A stretch of DNA of 64,000 nt from Candidatus Levyibacteriota bacterium (GCA_016182235.1 JACOXT010000005.1:677-64676); one strand, 5' to 3'. Positions 16,798 through 27,358 are shown, counted from the stretch's first letter. The notes: generated from the letters alone by a model not told the origin. Numbers and translations: made by a program.

Positions 16798-18885
16798 ATG
16801 AACCTTCAAACACCTATTCCGAAAGGTGGATCTAACTTTAAGCTCTATGCGCGAAGACTGGAAAGGCTTGGAGTAAAGATTTTTGAAGATTTGCTTTATC
16901 ATATTCCTTCACGTTACGAAGACTACTCTTTAATTTCAAAAATTGGACAAGTGCAGGCCGGAGAAACCGTAACTGTAAGAGGTACGGTTTTGGAGATAAA
17001 AAATGAATACACAAGGGGGTTCAAAAATTTACAAAAAGCAAAGTTATCCGACGACACAGGAGAAATAAATATTGTTTGGTTTAACCAGCCTTATTTAGTA
17101 AGGATTATACACGCAAACGACAATATTTCTATCTCAGGGAAAGTGAACTGGTTTTCCAATAAACTGGTTCTGCAATCTCCTGAATATGAATTAGCTAATG
17201 AATCGTTTTCACTTCATACGGGAAGATTGGTCCCCATATATCCAGAGACTAAAGGAGTATCGTCTAAATGGTTACGCCGCCAAATATACAATGTATTGAA
17301 AGATAGCAGACAAAATTTGACTGAATATCTTCCGGACTCAATTATAAATAATTATGACTTATTAGGAGTAAATGAGGCAATTGAACAAATTCACTTTCCG
17401 AAAACCTTGGAAAATGCCGAAAAAGCGAAAAAAAGACTAGCTTTTGACGAATTTTTTTTAATGCACCTTTCTTCTATACAAAGAAGGTCAACTTGGAGAA
17501 AAACTCTAGTTAGCAATCCTTACTCAATCTCAAATTACAAGAAAGAAATTGAAGATTTTTGGAAAAAACTTCCCTTTACGCTTACAAATGCCCAGAAAAG
17601 GGGAGTGGGTGAGATATTTAAAGACTTGGCAGGAAAAAAACCAATGAACAGGCTTCTGGAAGGGGACGTAGGAAGCGGAAAAACAGTAGTATCTGCAATA
17701 GCGATGTTTCTAAATTTTCTTAATGGTTACCAGTCAGTCTTTATGGCGCCAACTGAAATATTAGCTATTCAACATTATAATACAATATCCAAACTCTTGT
17801 CACCCTTTGGGATTAAAGTCCAGTTATTTACATCTAGTTCAAATTTCAAGAAGAATAAAGATTTAAGATTAAAGATTAAAGAATCAGATCATAAATCATC
17901 CATCGTTAATCATAAATCTCCTACCAATTTTGGTGTAGCTGTCGGCACACATGCATTATTGTATGAAAAAATTGAATTTGAAAAATTAGGTTTGGTTGTA
18001 ATTGACGAACAGCAACGTTTTGGTGTTGAGCAAAGAGCAATTATAAGACGAAAGGGCAAAAATCCTCACCTTCTTACAATGACCGCAACTCCCATACCAA
18101 GAACTATTGCCTTGACTTTGTATGGAGATTTGGATCTTTCTCTTTTGGATGAGATGCCAAAAGGAAGAAAATATATTAAAACATGGCTTGTTGGAAGAGA
18201 AAAAAGAATATCAGCCTACCGATGGATTGAAAAACAAATAAAAGAAACGAATAGTCAAGTATTTATAATCTGTCCTTTTATAGAGGAATCTGAAACTATG
18301 CAGACAGTTAAAGCCGCAAGTCGAGAATATGAATACTTGAAAAAAGACGTTTTTAAAAAATTTAAGCTTGGACTTCTGCATGGAAAACTTAAAACAAGGG
18401 ATAAAGATAAAGTTCTTCAAGACTTTAGAGATAAAAAGATTGACATCTTGGTTGCAACACCGGTTGTTGAGGTCGGGATTGATATTCCAAACGCCACTAT
18501 TATTGTAATTGAAGCATCAGAGCGTTTCGGACTAGCACAGTTACATCAATTAAGAGGAAGGGTAGGAAGGGGAAACAAACAATCATATTGTCTTTTGTTT
18601 ACTGAAAGTAAAAACCAAGAAACTTTAGAAAGGCTTAAGGCGATGGAAAGATATCACGTTGGAGCAGAACTCGCGGAGCTTGATCTCAAGATGAGAGGAC
18701 CGGGAGAGATTTATGGAACCATGCAGCACGGAAGACGTATGCTTAAAGTCGCCAGCTTTTCAGACTTTGAATTAATCAAAAAAACGAGATTGTGCGCTCA
18801 AAAAATCTTCCCTAGTCTAGATGAATATCCACTCCTGAAAGAAAAACTAAAAACCCTAAACCTAAAACAAGTCTCCCCAGACTAA
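16798..18885 (+). CDS. recG: ATP-dependent DNA helicase RecG
   Basis: MNRLLEGDVGSGKT, APTEILA.QH, DEQQRFGVEQR, MTATPIPRT, ERFGLAQLHQLRGRVGRG. Confidence 0.97.
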   Translation: MNLQTPIPKGGSNFKLYARRLERLGVKIFEDLLYHIPSRYEDYSLISKIGQVQAGETVTVRGTVLEIKNEYTRGFKNLQKAKLSDDTGEINIVWFNQPYLVRIIHANDNISISGKVNWFSNKLVLQSPEYELANESFSLHTGRLVPIYPETKGVSSKWLRRQIYNVLKDSRQNLTEYLPDSIINNYDLLGVNEAIEQIHFPKTLENAEKAKKRLAFDEFFLMHLSSIQRRSTWRKTLVSNPYSISNYKKEIEDFWKKLPFTLTNAQKRGVGEIFKDLAGKKPMNRLLEGDVGSGKTVVSAIAMFLNFLNGYQSVFMAPTEILAIQHYNTISKLLSPFGIKVQLFTSSSNFKKNKDLRLKIKESDHKSSIVNHKSPTNFGVAVGTHALLYEKIEFEKLGLVVIDEQQRFGVEQRAIIRRKGKNPHLLTMTATPIPRTIALTLYGDLDLSLLDEMPKGRKYIKTWLVGREKRISAYRWIEKQIKETNSQVFIICPFIEESETMQTVKAASREYEYLKKDVFKKFKLGLLHGKLKTRDKDKVLQDFRDKKIDILVATPVVEVGIDIPNATIIVIEASERFGLAQLHQLRGRVGRGNKQSYCLLFTESKNQETLERLKAMERYHVGAELAELDLKMRGPGEIYGTMQHGRRMLKVASFSDFELIKKTRLCAQKIFPSLDEYPLLKEKLKTLNLKQVSPD
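17856..17919. repeat. Inverted pair of 7-mer arrays in frame within recG
   Basis: TAAAGAT-like x4 then ATCATAA-like x4; encodes KDLRLKIKESDHKSSIVNHKS. Confidence 0.78.
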
Positions 18886-18938
18886 GACGACTAATTCAGA
18901 TCCTTGAAAGAATCTTATTAAACTGCTATAATTTGTTT

Positions 18939-19160
18939 ATGCCGCAGGAACCAAAAAAAAGACATTCAAGGCAAAGAAAAGGCAAAAGAAGAGCCAGTAT
19001 AAAGCTTAAGAAATTAAGTTTTGTTTTATGTCAGAATTGTAAAAGCGTTATGCTTCCGCATATAGTGTGCAAAAAATGCGGGTTTTATGCCGGGCAAAAA
19101 GTATTAACTATTAATACGACTAAGGTCGTTCGAAAAGAAGGACAAGAAAAAATTGCGTAA
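18939..19160 (+). CDS. rpmF: 50S ribosomal protein L32
   Basis: PKKRHSRQRKGKRRA, C..C...LPH.VC..CGFY zinc ribbon. Confidence 0.93.
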   Translation: MPQEPKKRHSRQRKGKRRASIKLKKLSFVLCQNCKSVMLPHIVCKKCGFYAGQKVLTINTTKVVRKEGQEKIA

Positions 19161-19163
19161 GCT

Positions 19164-19508
19164 ATGAAAACCCCCTTGGATCCTCGACATAAAAAAAGGC
19201 AACATCTCGTTGAAGAACTGTTTATGATAGATTTCCATAAGCAGAAAGTGAGTACCGACACAAAAAATATTTTAATTCATATTGACTTTATTGATAAAAA
19301 AATATCATCAGCCGCGCCGGAATTCTCTATAGATAAAATAAATAAGACCGACTTGGCAATATTAAGACTTGCAGTATACGAGCTTCTGGTTGAAAAAAAA
19401 GAGCCTTCAAAGGTAATTATTGACGAAGCAATTGAGCTAGCCAAAGAATATGGCGGAGACACGAGCCCCGCATTTATAAACGGCGCATTGGGGAATATTA
19501 AGATATGA
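19164..19508 (+). CDS. nusB: Transcription antitermination factor NusB
   Basis: [34 protein letters not shown]. Confidence 0.93.
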   Translation: MKTPLDPRHKKRQHLVEELFMIDFHKQKVSTDTKNILIHIDFIDKKISSAAPEFSIDKINKTDLAILRLAVYELLVEKKEPSKVIIDEAIELAKEYGGDTSPAFINGALGNIKI

Positions 19509-19541
19509 GGCCTGCGATGTTAAAGTAAAGAGTAAATTATT

Positions 19542-20201
19542 ATGGAGCTCCCAAAACTAAAAAACACAAAACTTTTTGAAGAAGCGTTCACGCATAAGTC
19601 CTATCTTAACGAGGTAAAACAGAAAATACCCTCAAATGAAAGACTCGAGTTTTTGGGAGATAGCATCTTATCATTTGTAGTATCAAGTTTCTTATTCGAA
19701 AAGTACCCAAACTTCAATGAAGGGACACTCACCAACATTAGGTCTCTTTTGGTTAACACGAAGAGCTTATCTATGTTGGCTCGCGAACTAAATATCGGAA
19801 AACTTCTTAAACTCTCCCGCGGAGAAGAAGAGTCAAAAGGAAGAGAGAACGATGCGATTCTTGAAAATAGTTTCGAGGCTTTTGTTGGAGCATTTTTTCT
19901 AGATCAAGGAATCGAAGCCGTAAGGGATTTTTTAGAAAGAGTACTCCTTAATAAAATAAAAAATTTAATAAAAAGTAAATCTTTTAAGGACCCCAAAAGC
20001 ATATTGCAGGAGGTTGTACAGGCAAAAAAACAAAATTCTCCTATTTATAAGGTACTAGAAGAATCAGGACCTGCTCATTCAAAGACATTTAGAGTAGGTG
20101 TTTATGTTAATGAAATTATGGTCGGGGCGGGAATAGGGAAGTCAAAGCAAATCGCAGAATCGTCTGCTGCTAAAATCGCACTTGAGAGAGGAAGTTTTTA
20201 G
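19542..20201 (+). CDS. rnc: Ribonuclease III
   Basis: AFTHKSY, NERLEFLGDSIL, dsRBD DPKS.LQE..GPAH. Confidence 0.96.
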   Translation: MELPKLKNTKLFEEAFTHKSYLNEVKQKIPSNERLEFLGDSILSFVVSSFLFEKYPNFNEGTLTNIRSLLVNTKSLSMLARELNIGKLLKLSRGEEESKGRENDAILENSFEAFVGAFFLDQGIEAVRDFLERVLLNKIKNLIKSKSFKDPKSILQEVVQAKKQNSPIYKVLEESGPAHSKTFRVGVYVNEIMVGAGIGKSKQIAESSAAKIALERGSF

Positions 20202-20216
20202 TGGTACAATACCTTC

Positions 20217-20444
20217 ATGTCTGTTGTAATTAGATTATCAAAAATAGGTAGGCGAGGAGAGGCAAGGTTTCGTGTTGTTGTGAGCGAGAAAAGAAGTAGA
20301 CGTGACGGGAAACCTATAGAGATACTTGGCTGGTATGAAAAAAGACAAGATTCACAGAATAAAAATGTAAACATGGAAAGATATAATTATTGGGTATCTA
20401 AAGGCGGCATACCCAGTCAGACAGTTCTAAAGATAGTGAAGTAA
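20217..20444 (+). CDS. rpsP: 30S ribosomal protein S16
   Basis: VIRLSKIG, RRDGKPIEILGWY. Confidence 0.95.
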   Translation: MSVVIRLSKIGRRGEARFRVVVSEKRSRRDGKPIEILGWYEKRQDSQNKNVNMERYNYWVSKGGIPSQTVLKIVK

Positions 20445-20686
20445 TGAAAAAAGCATTGGAATATATTGTTATGTCTATTGTTGAGACTCCTCAAGAAGTA
20501 GAGATAAGTGAAAATGAGGATAACGGAATGGTAAATTTTACAATCAAGGTCGCTTCCTCTGATATGGGACGAATCATCGGTAAAAACGGTAAGGTAATAA
20601 GAGGCATCAGAAACGCAATAAAAATACTCGCAATAAAACAAAATAAAAGAATAAACATCGCTCTTTCTGAAACCCCTTCAGAGTAA
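20444..20686 (+). CDS. khpA: KH-domain RNA-binding protein (KhpA/YlqC)
   Basis: DMGRIIGKNGKVI; located between rpsP and trmD. Confidence 0.9.
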   Translation: MKKALEYIVMSIVETPQEVEISENEDNGMVNFTIKVASSDMGRIIGKNGKVIRGIRNAIKILAIKQNKRINIALSETPSE

Positions 20687-20687
20687 A

Positions 20688-21389
20688 ATGAAGATTTCGA
20701 TCTTAACGCTTTTCCCCGAAATGTTTTCAGGGCCTTTTGATTACTCCATTATAAAAAGAGCAAAAGAAAAAAATATTGTCAATATAGACTTCGTAAATAT
20801 TCGTGAATTTGGCATTGGCAGACATAAGATCGTTGACGACAAACCATACGGAGGAGGAACTGGCATGATATTAAGAGTGGATGTCTTAGAAAGAGCTATT
20901 TTGGCAGCAAAAGAAAATGGTCCCTCTGGAGCTGACGGACAAAAAGTTATTCTTTTAGGAGCGCAGGGCAAAACCTTTAATCAAAAATACGCGGAAAGCT
21001 TCTCTAAACTACAACATCTTATTCTTATTTGCGGACACTATGAAGGGGTTGACGAAAGAATCAAGAATTTTATAGATGAGGAGATATCTATTGGAGATTT
21101 CATAGTTACTGGAGGTGAGATCCCCGCAATGACTATTACAGATGCTGTAGTACGACTCAAAAAAGGGGTTCTAAAAGAAGGTGTCACTGGGTCAGAATCA
21201 TTTTCACCTCTTCTTGAATATCCTCAATACACAAGGCCAGAAGTTTTCAGAAATATGTCTGTACCAAAAGTATTAACAAGCGGAAACCACAAAGAAATTC
21301 TTAAATGGAGAGAGAAAATTGCGCTTCAAAATACTAAAAAACTTCGTCCGGATATTCTAAGATCGAGCATTACTCGAGAAAAGGATTAG
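20688..21389 (+). CDS. trmD: tRNA (guanine-N1)-methyltransferase
   Basis: TLFPEMF, VDDKPYGGGTGM, CGHYEGVDER, SIGDF..TGGE, LEYPQYTRP. Confidence 0.97.
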   Translation: MKISILTLFPEMFSGPFDYSIIKRAKEKNIVNIDFVNIREFGIGRHKIVDDKPYGGGTGMILRVDVLERAILAAKENGPSGADGQKVILLGAQGKTFNQKYAESFSKLQHLILICGHYEGVDERIKNFIDEEISIGDFIVTGGEIPAMTITDAVVRLKKGVLKEGVTGSESFSPLLEYPQYTRPEVFRNMSVPKVLTSGNHKEILKWREKIALQNTKKLRPDILRSSITREKD

Positions 21390-22119
21390 TGCTCTTTATA
21401 GCAGAAGATGTGGAGGGGGAAGGAGAAAAATCAATTAACGACGTGTTATTAAAACTTTCCATTTTACTTAGTAACGACAGTTTCTCTTGGGAAATGGAAT
21501 TTATGGTAAGATTTTTCAAAAGAGAGGCAACCGGCAAAACTTTGTAGTAAAATAGTAAAGTTACGGTTGATGAATTGCTGTCTGTCGTTACAGACCCAAT
21601 CTCAGATAAGGGCAAAGTTTTTTGAATCTCAGTTATAAAACTATTAACAGCTCCTATATCACTGTCTAAAGTAACAGTTAAGCCAGTGCTTGTTGACCCT
21701 TCTTCTTTTTGTTCCTCTTCTTGTTCTTCTTCCTGTTCGCCTTGAGTCAGTTCTCCAACTGCAAATGAAAATCTTCCTATTCTTACACCAGTTTTTTGTG
21801 AAGCAAAAAATATAGCATTTAATATTCCTCCAAAGTCTTTATTTATTGGGAGGGCAAGAGTTGAGGTTCTAAGCTGTGATTCAAGTAACCCTACATCAAG
21901 ATTTTCAAGTGTACCTAGATTATTTCTAAGCGTACTAAGCTTTTGAGAAGCGTTTCTCGCTTCCTCCTGGACTACAAATAGAGTCTTAATTTGGGGAATA
22001 ATAACTAATATAACAAGTGCCAAGCAAACAAAAACTACAATCGTTGGGACAATAAAATACTTGTTGCGGTTGTAGATAATTTTCAAAGATTGTATGTCTG
22101 TGTTTACTCTATTTTCCAT
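21370..22119 (-). CDS. PilO-like type IV pilus assembly protein
   Basis: N-terminal TM plus coiled coil, LALP motif; third gene after pilM. Confidence 0.65.
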   Translation of the reverse strand: MENRVNTDIQSLKIIYNRNKYFIVPTIVVFVCLALVILVIIPQIKTLFVVQEEARNASQKLSTLRNNLGTLENLDVGLLESQLRTSTLALPINKDFGGILNAIFFASQKTGVRIGRFSFAVGELTQGEQEEEQEEEQKEEGSTSTGLTVTLDSDIGAVNSFITEIQKTLPLSEIGSVTTDSNSSTVTLLFYYKVLPVASLLKNLTINSISQEKLSLLSKMESFNNTSLIDFSPSPSTSSAIKSTNPFLE

Positions 22120-22123
22120 ACTA

Positions 22124-22657
22124 TTAAAGATCCGATGTCAAAGAAACTGAATAACTATTTCCGCTGTCATCAAATGTCAGGGTACCTAATGAGATCGAAC
22201 TGATAACCTCTCTTTTCTCTGCCATAGCAATTAGATTATTAATAAGCTCATCAATTGCTCTTAGGGAAGTTGAGGAAACAGTCAAAGTAAGCCTTTTGTT
22301 ATCTATCTCCAAATTCTGAATAGCTATCTCAATAGGCATTATCGAAAGAAGGCTATTGATGCTTTCAGAAAGATCACCTCTATTTTTAAGAAGGCCGGAT
22401 ATATTATCAAGCCTATTATTTATAATAGAAAGCTTAATGCTTCTATCTTGAAGTTCGGATATTTGAGACATCGTATCTTCCTGCTGCCTTTTAATGCCCG
22501 TTGGATTAATCGATTGAGTAAATAGAAAAACGATTAACGACACAATGCCAATCATTATTGGGGAAGAAATCGCGATAATGTTTGCAATTCTTATCTTTTT
22601 TTGTTGCTCAAGAAAATCTTTATCCTGAGGCAAGACAAGATTTATGTTAGTATTCAT
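22124..22657 (-). CDS. PilN-like type IV pilus assembly protein
   Basis: INLVLP N-terminal motif, TM, coiled coil; follows pilM. Confidence 0.72.
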   Translation of the reverse strand: MNTNINLVLPQDKDFLEQQKKIRIANIIAISSPIMIGIVSLIVFLFTQSINPTGIKRQQEDTMSQISELQDRSIKLSIINNRLDNISGLLKNRGDLSESINSLLSIMPIEIAIQNLEIDNKRLTLTVSSTSLRAIDELINNLIAMAEKREVISSISLGTLTFDDSGNSYSVSLTSDL

Positions 22658-22663
22658 ATTCCG

Positions 22664-23692
22664 CTATAAATCTCTCATCGCAAGACCAACAGCAATAGTA
22701 AAATCAGATGCGCTAGAGACTATTTCCTGGGGTACCACTTGACTTGCAAGAATTTTCCACGGATTGGCAAGTGCCGTCTCAATTCCTAAGTTTTCTGCAA
22801 AAAAAAGATCAATTCCCGGAAGTCGCGCGGTGCCTCCAGATAGAAGTATTTGCTGTATTAAAGAATCGTCATGATACTTTTCTGAGTAAAAAGCTAACGT
22901 TTTTTTTACCTCGCCTAAAATTGAAGTCAATATAAGCTCCGTGGACTTACCAACTTTTTGTCCCATCCCTTCCTTGGATAATCCGTACGCTTTTTTATAC
23001 GCTTCCGATTGAGATAAAGTTAGCCCAAAATCCGATGAAATCGCGCGACTAATCGCGTTCCCGCCTGTTGGAATTGAGTATGTAAAAACTAAGATATTAT
23101 CCTTAACAATTGCCAGAGAAGTACTAATCGCGCCAATACTCAAAATAATTGTTGGAGGGAGGCCCGAATAAGACAATGCCCTGACTACAGATAATATCTC
23201 TGTCTCAATCGCGTAAAGGTTTAATCCGGAAGCCTCTATTATGTTTTGATATTTCTTAATAAGAGTCGTAGGCGCTCCTACCAACAAAACCCGCATTTTT
23301 TCATCCTTAGACTCTTTTGGCGGTTTTTTCAATACGTTCCATACAAGAGTTATGTCGGACAAAGATACTGGGATATTTTGCTCTGCTTCCCAATGAATGG
23401 CCAGAGCCAATTCTCTATCTGAAAGAGCAGGCATATCTATGACTTTTGTGTAAACTTGGGTATCATCCAGAGCAACATTTACGTTTTTACTGTCCGCTTT
23501 CAAATTGGATACTACTTTTTTTATTGCTTTGGCTATGTTCTCCTGGTCAAGAGGTGATTCTGAAAACATACCTCGCGGAGGGGTGGGTATGGAAAAAGCC
23601 GAATTCAAAAAAAAACCTTCTTTTTGCCGTGATAAAGACACTGCTTTAATGTTGGTTAAGCCGATATCCAAACCGATAGATTTCTTGCCCAT
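22664..23692 (-). CDS. pilM: Type IV pilus assembly protein PilM
   Basis: IGLDIG...IKAV, WEAEQNIP, ILLSGGTARLPG, ANPW, IAVGLAMR. Confidence 0.93.
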   Translation of the reverse strand: MGKKSIGLDIGLTNIKAVSLSRQKEGFFLNSAFSIPTPPRGMFSESPLDQENIAKAIKKVVSNLKADSKNVNVALDDTQVYTKVIDMPALSDRELALAIHWEAEQNIPVSLSDITLVWNVLKKPPKESKDEKMRVLLVGAPTTLIKKYQNIIEASGLNLYAIETEILSVVRALSYSGLPPTIILSIGAISTSLAIVKDNILVFTYSIPTGGNAISRAISSDFGLTLSQSEAYKKAYGLSKEGMGQKVGKSTELILTSILGEVKKTLAFYSEKYHDDSLIQQILLSGGTARLPGIDLFFAENLGIETALANPWKILASQVVPQEIVSSASDFTIAVGLAMRDL

Positions 23693-23697
23693 AGTAA

Positions 23698-24582
23698 TTA
23701 ATTCGAGGGTACAAATAAACCATATGAAATATATGGCAGGAAAGCTTGTGAAAATCCTTTAAAAACAGAAATCCTACGACTCGCTTCTCCGCTTTCTCCG
23801 GTTGAAGTGATCTGGTAACCTTGAGATGGGAAGGTCGCTCCTCCAACTTCCGCTCCAATAAAAGTACTTTTATAAACAGGAATTGCTCGAACAAATATTC
23901 CTTCTGTAATATTTAAGTTTGTTGTTTCAAATTGAAGAGTCTTTCCTCCAATAGGCGTAGGTGATGTCGATGCCGGACTAAACCCATTTCCCCTATGGGT
24001 ATTACATGGATCAAATACACTTCGTGTTGAAGATACATTGAGAGAAGAAGTTCCACGTATCACTATTACTTCTATAGCAGCTGGCCAATTTGATGGATTT
24101 GAATCATCTGCGCATATCTCACCCGCTACGCCCCAATGCAATGTTAAATCCAAAGTTGCCCCGGGTACAGAAAATTCGATTTCGTCATTAGTGGGATCTT
24201 GATTCGCCAGCCAAATGTCTACTCCCTCGCTTTGCGGAATCAGACTTCCTCCATTTACCAGGAGTAGATTTGCACCTGTGCCAACCTCAACCACATTGGT
24301 ATCGTATCCAGTTAAAGGGGAGAGGCTTCCGCTGCTCAATCCTACTTGAGTATCTTGCAAGGCCCTTTCTATCCCTGCCTCGGCTGCGGCTAGCGCTTTT
24401 TGAGATTCTGCCTCCTCGGTTGAAGTCCTTATGTTTGTGATGCTTCGTCCGGCAATAGACAAACCAATAGTTAATGAAACAATAATTACCAATATAACAA
24501 TCAAAAGAACCTGCCCACTCTCCCAACTTTGAACTTTGCATTTTGAACTTTGAACTGCTTGAAGCATATATTTAGAATACAA
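23698..24582 (-). CDS. PilX-like minor pilin
   Basis: SGQVLLIVILVIIV..., ALAAAEAGIERAL; start uncertain. Confidence 0.75.
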   Translation of the reverse strand: MYSKYMLQAVQSSKCKVQSWESGQVLLIVILVIIVSLTIGLSIAGRSITNIRTSTEEAESQKALAAAEAGIERALQDTQVGLSSGSLSPLTGYDTNVVEVGTGANLLLVNGGSLIPQSEGVDIWLANQDPTNDEIEFSVPGATLDLTLHWGVAGEICADDSNPSNWPAAIEVIVIRGTSSLNVSSTRSVFDPCNTHRGNGFSPASTSPTPIGGKTLQFETTNLNITEGIFVRAIPVYKSTFIGAEVGGATFPSQGYQITSTGESGEASRRISVFKGFSQAFLPYISYGLFVPSN

Positions 24583-24609
24583 GTCTTTCTATGCTTTGTC
24601 AACAGTATT

Positions 24610-25236
24610 TTATCTTTGATAATTTCTCATTGTCACTGAAGTTTCAAAAAGGATCGGCGGATTGGAACTTTCAACAAGATTACTTGATCCTTTTGGTTTA
24701 AGCTCAAACTTTATTCCAATTACGGGCACATCGGATGTCCCTGACACAGTGCAAGTGAAAGAACAACTCGGCACCTCTATGGTAGATGTATCAATAAAAG
24801 ATCCGCTGTCTGAAGCAATAGTAATGGGAGTTCCAGCACAAGAATATATGATTGGAGTGCTATTAAATGGCTTTATTCTAATATATTTATAAGGTGTTGT
24901 TGCTCCTGCCGGACACTGCATGATAGCTGGAGTTGCGAAATTATCGTCACTAAATCCATTAAATGACTCTGCAAACCCTATTGTTCTCCCGATTTGGGAA
25001 ATCGCGTAATTGCCATTCTGTCTTATGTTCTCAATAGTATTTGTTTTATTTGTTCCGCGAAGAGAAAATGTGATAACACCTACTACGATTGACCCAATTG
25101 CGACTAGAACAGTTATTACTACAACAAGTTCGATTAGCGTAAAACCTTCGGTTTTAAGATTAATGATTGATGAATAATGATTAATGATCTCACCAGAATA
25201 TTTCTTTCTATTCATAAATCTTAAATCTTTAATCAT
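24610..25236 (-). CDS. Minor pilin (PilW/PulJ-like)
   Basis: GFTLIELVVVI prepilin motif. Confidence 0.85.
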   Translation of the reverse strand: MIKDLRFMNRKKYSGEIINHYSSIINLKTEGFTLIELVVVITVLVAIGSIVVGVITFSLRGTNKTNTIENIRQNGNYAISQIGRTIGFAESFNGFSDDNFATPAIMQCPAGATTPYKYIRIKPFNSTPIIYSCAGTPITIASDSGSFIDTSTIEVPSCSFTCTVSGTSDVPVIGIKFELKPKGSSNLVESSNPPILFETSVTMRNYQR

Positions 25237-25246
25237 AAATCACTTA

Positions 25247-25726
25247 TCAAGGTGTTGGTTTAACTTCAATATTATAAAAACAAGAAATAATTTCCACTTT
25301 ATGGCAATACGGATTGCCCGCGGGACATTTACCATCCGACCAGAATACAGTTGATGCAACCTTACTGCCGATTGGATTACCACCACTGTCAGGACATTCA
25401 GAACTAACATGATCAATATCTATTGCTCTTATAAAAATTCCAACTATACCATCCATTATACAGTTTGACGAAGCAGTTAAAATCTTCGACTGGGGAAGGC
25501 AATTATTTGAGGCAAGTCCAGAAAAAGTAGCCCAGCTTGAACTCTTGATCTGTCTTATGACTTCTAAGCCTTCCTGCGCATACTGATTTGCTAAATTCTG
25601 ATTTTTTGTGAAGGTAGTGTTGCTTAAGGAGGAAATGACAACAGATGTAATCGCACTTAATATGAAAACGGCAGCGCTTAGTGCCAACAATGTCTCCAAA
25701 AGTGTCTGTCCCTTTTGATTTTTCAT
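25247..25726 (-). CDS. Minor pilin (PilV-like)
   Basis: KGQTLLETLLAL, A..YAQEGLEVIR. Confidence 0.82.
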   Translation of the reverse strand: MKNQKGQTLLETLLALSAAVFILSAITSVVISSLSNTTFTKNQNLANQYAQEGLEVIRQIKSSSWATFSGLASNNCLPQSKILTASSNCIMDGIVGIFIRAIDIDHVSSECPDSGGNPIGSKVASTVFWSDGKCPAGNPYCHKVEIISCFYNIEVKPTP

Positions 25727-26304
25727 TGAATTTTTATTCTTCCTAATTTGTCAATCACAATAAGCTTACTATCCGATCCTGATATTAGCTTAACTTGCCA
25801 CGGATAACAGATAGGTGGAGAGCAAGAGCATCCGCTGTTTTCAACGACCCCACCCTCTAACACCGGAAATAAAAACGAGTGGTCTGTTCCAGAACAAGCT
25901 TCCTCAAAATCAACAGAATCTGGAAGACTTCCTGCAGAAATTATATGAGTTGTTGTGCAATACGCAATCAGTTGATAGTCTTTGTTGCTTAACATATCTA
26001 CTCCGTATCCCTCAAGAGCATTAGCGCCACATGTGTTTGGCTTTACCTGAGACAAAGCGCGCGATTTTGCCAGATTAAGCGTATTTGCAACGTCAATGGC
26101 CGCATTCTGAAGAACTTTGGTCTCGTTATAGCTATTAAACGAAGCTATACCAAATGCGGACAAAATACTCATAACAGAAAAAACAACAATTAATTCGATC
26201 AACGTAAAACCTTGGGATTTTATATTGCCATATTGTTTTACTGTCGTATTGTTTTTTTTAGCAATGTAGCAATGTAGCAATGTAGCAATTTCTGTAAGGA
26301 TCAT
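25723..26304 (-). CDS. Minor pilin (FimT/GspH-like)
   Basis: GFTLIELIVV, LNLAKSRALS. Confidence 0.85.
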   Translation of the reverse strand: MILTEIATLLHCYIAKKNNTTVKQYGNIKSQGFTLIELIVVFSVMSILSAFGIASFNSYNETKVLQNAAIDVANTLNLAKSRALSQVKPNTCGANALEGYGVDMLSNKDYQLIAYCTTTHIISAGSLPDSVDFEEACSGTDHSFLFPVLEGGVVENSGCSCSPPICYPWQVKLISGSDSKLIVIDKLGRIKIQ

Positions 26305-26846
26305 GGGTTATTAACAGTGAAAGACCAATTTGTAGTTCCTCCCGTGCAGAGAGCATCATTTGAAGGATCTTTTTGAGAGTCATTAACATTTTCTAAACAT
26401 GAGACTATGCTGTATGTAGCGCCTCCTCCTCCCACTGCATAAGTATATACATAATCACCTGTATTTAATGGGTCGCATGGAATTTCCCGCATGTAGATTA
26501 CTGCTCCTGCGCTATCGGTGAAAGGGTTAGTGGGATCATCGCAAGTATTTGGAAAATCGCCTGGATCACCACCAACCACAACTGGATATAAGCCACTATC
26601 TGATCTGTAAAATTCCAGAGCCGAACGAATTTGACCAAGGTCAGATTTACGCACTCCGTCTCTGGTTCTTTGCCTTACTCCAACAAAATTAGCCGTAAGA
26701 AGCCCAGCCAAAAGCCCGATGATGATAATTGCCACCAAAAGCTCAATCAAAGTAAATCCTCTGGATTTACGAATCATGAATAACGAATCATGAATTATGG
26801 TTATTAGGTTCTTTTTTTTATTCATAATTCTTAATTCCTGATTCAT
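26301..26846 (-). CDS. Type IV pilin/GspG-like protein
   Basis: RGFTLIELLV, RDGVRKSDL.QI..ALE.Y..D...YP. Confidence 0.88.
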   Translation of the reverse strand: MNQELRIMNKKKNLITIIHDSLFMIRKSRGFTLIELLVAIIIIGLLAGLLTANFVGVRQRTRDGVRKSDLGQIRSALEFYRSDSGLYPVVVGGDPGDFPNTCDDPTNPFTDSAGAVIYMREIPCDPLNTGDYVYTYAVGGGGATYSIVSCLENVNDSQKDPSNDALCTGGTTNWSFTVNNP

Positions 26847-26855
26847 AATTCAATA

Positions 26856-27335
26856 CTATGGAGAGACATTCGGACTCGTAACTCCATAATTGCAATCTCC
26901 ACCACAATTTAAAGTCCCAGCATTTGGACATACGCCACCGCATGATTGGGGATCATCTGCTCTCTCCAAACTAGCATAAAGACGATATGACTGTTCACCA
27001 GATGAGGAATCATATACATATGTATTTGTGGGGGATGAAGGATCTTCGGGTAGTTTGCTCATATAAGGTGTCCAAGGATCTCCCCAGTCAACCTCAGAAC
27101 CTGACAAATCAGTAATTTTGGAGTTTGTGGCTGACGGGTATCGGCCGATATCATTATAAAAAACTTCAAGCGCCCTTTGTATTTGCTCAAGATCGGATTT
27201 TCTTCTTGCGTCATTGGCTTTTTGGATTTGCGTAAGAGGATTCAATACTATCATAACAGCGGATACAAGCGCTCCAACAATACCTATAACTATCAATAAT
27301 TCTATTAAGGTAAACCCACGTTCAAGCAAATGCAA
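26856..27335 (-). CDS. Type IV pilin/GspG-like protein
   Basis: RGFTLIELLIVI, ANDARRKSDLEQIQRALE; the ORF-track start (27503) overlaps pilD, so TTG 27335 is preferred. Confidence 0.85.
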   Translation of the reverse strand: MHLLERGFTLIELLIVIGIVGALVSAVMIVLNPLTQIQKANDARRKSDLEQIQRALEVFYNDIGRYPSATNSKITDLSGSEVDWGDPWTPYMSKLPEDPSSPTNTYVYDSSSGEQSYRLYASLERADDPQSCGGVCPNAGTLNCGGDCNYGVTSPNVSP

Positions 27336-27358
27336 TATCTCTGGCCACTTTTGAGTCT

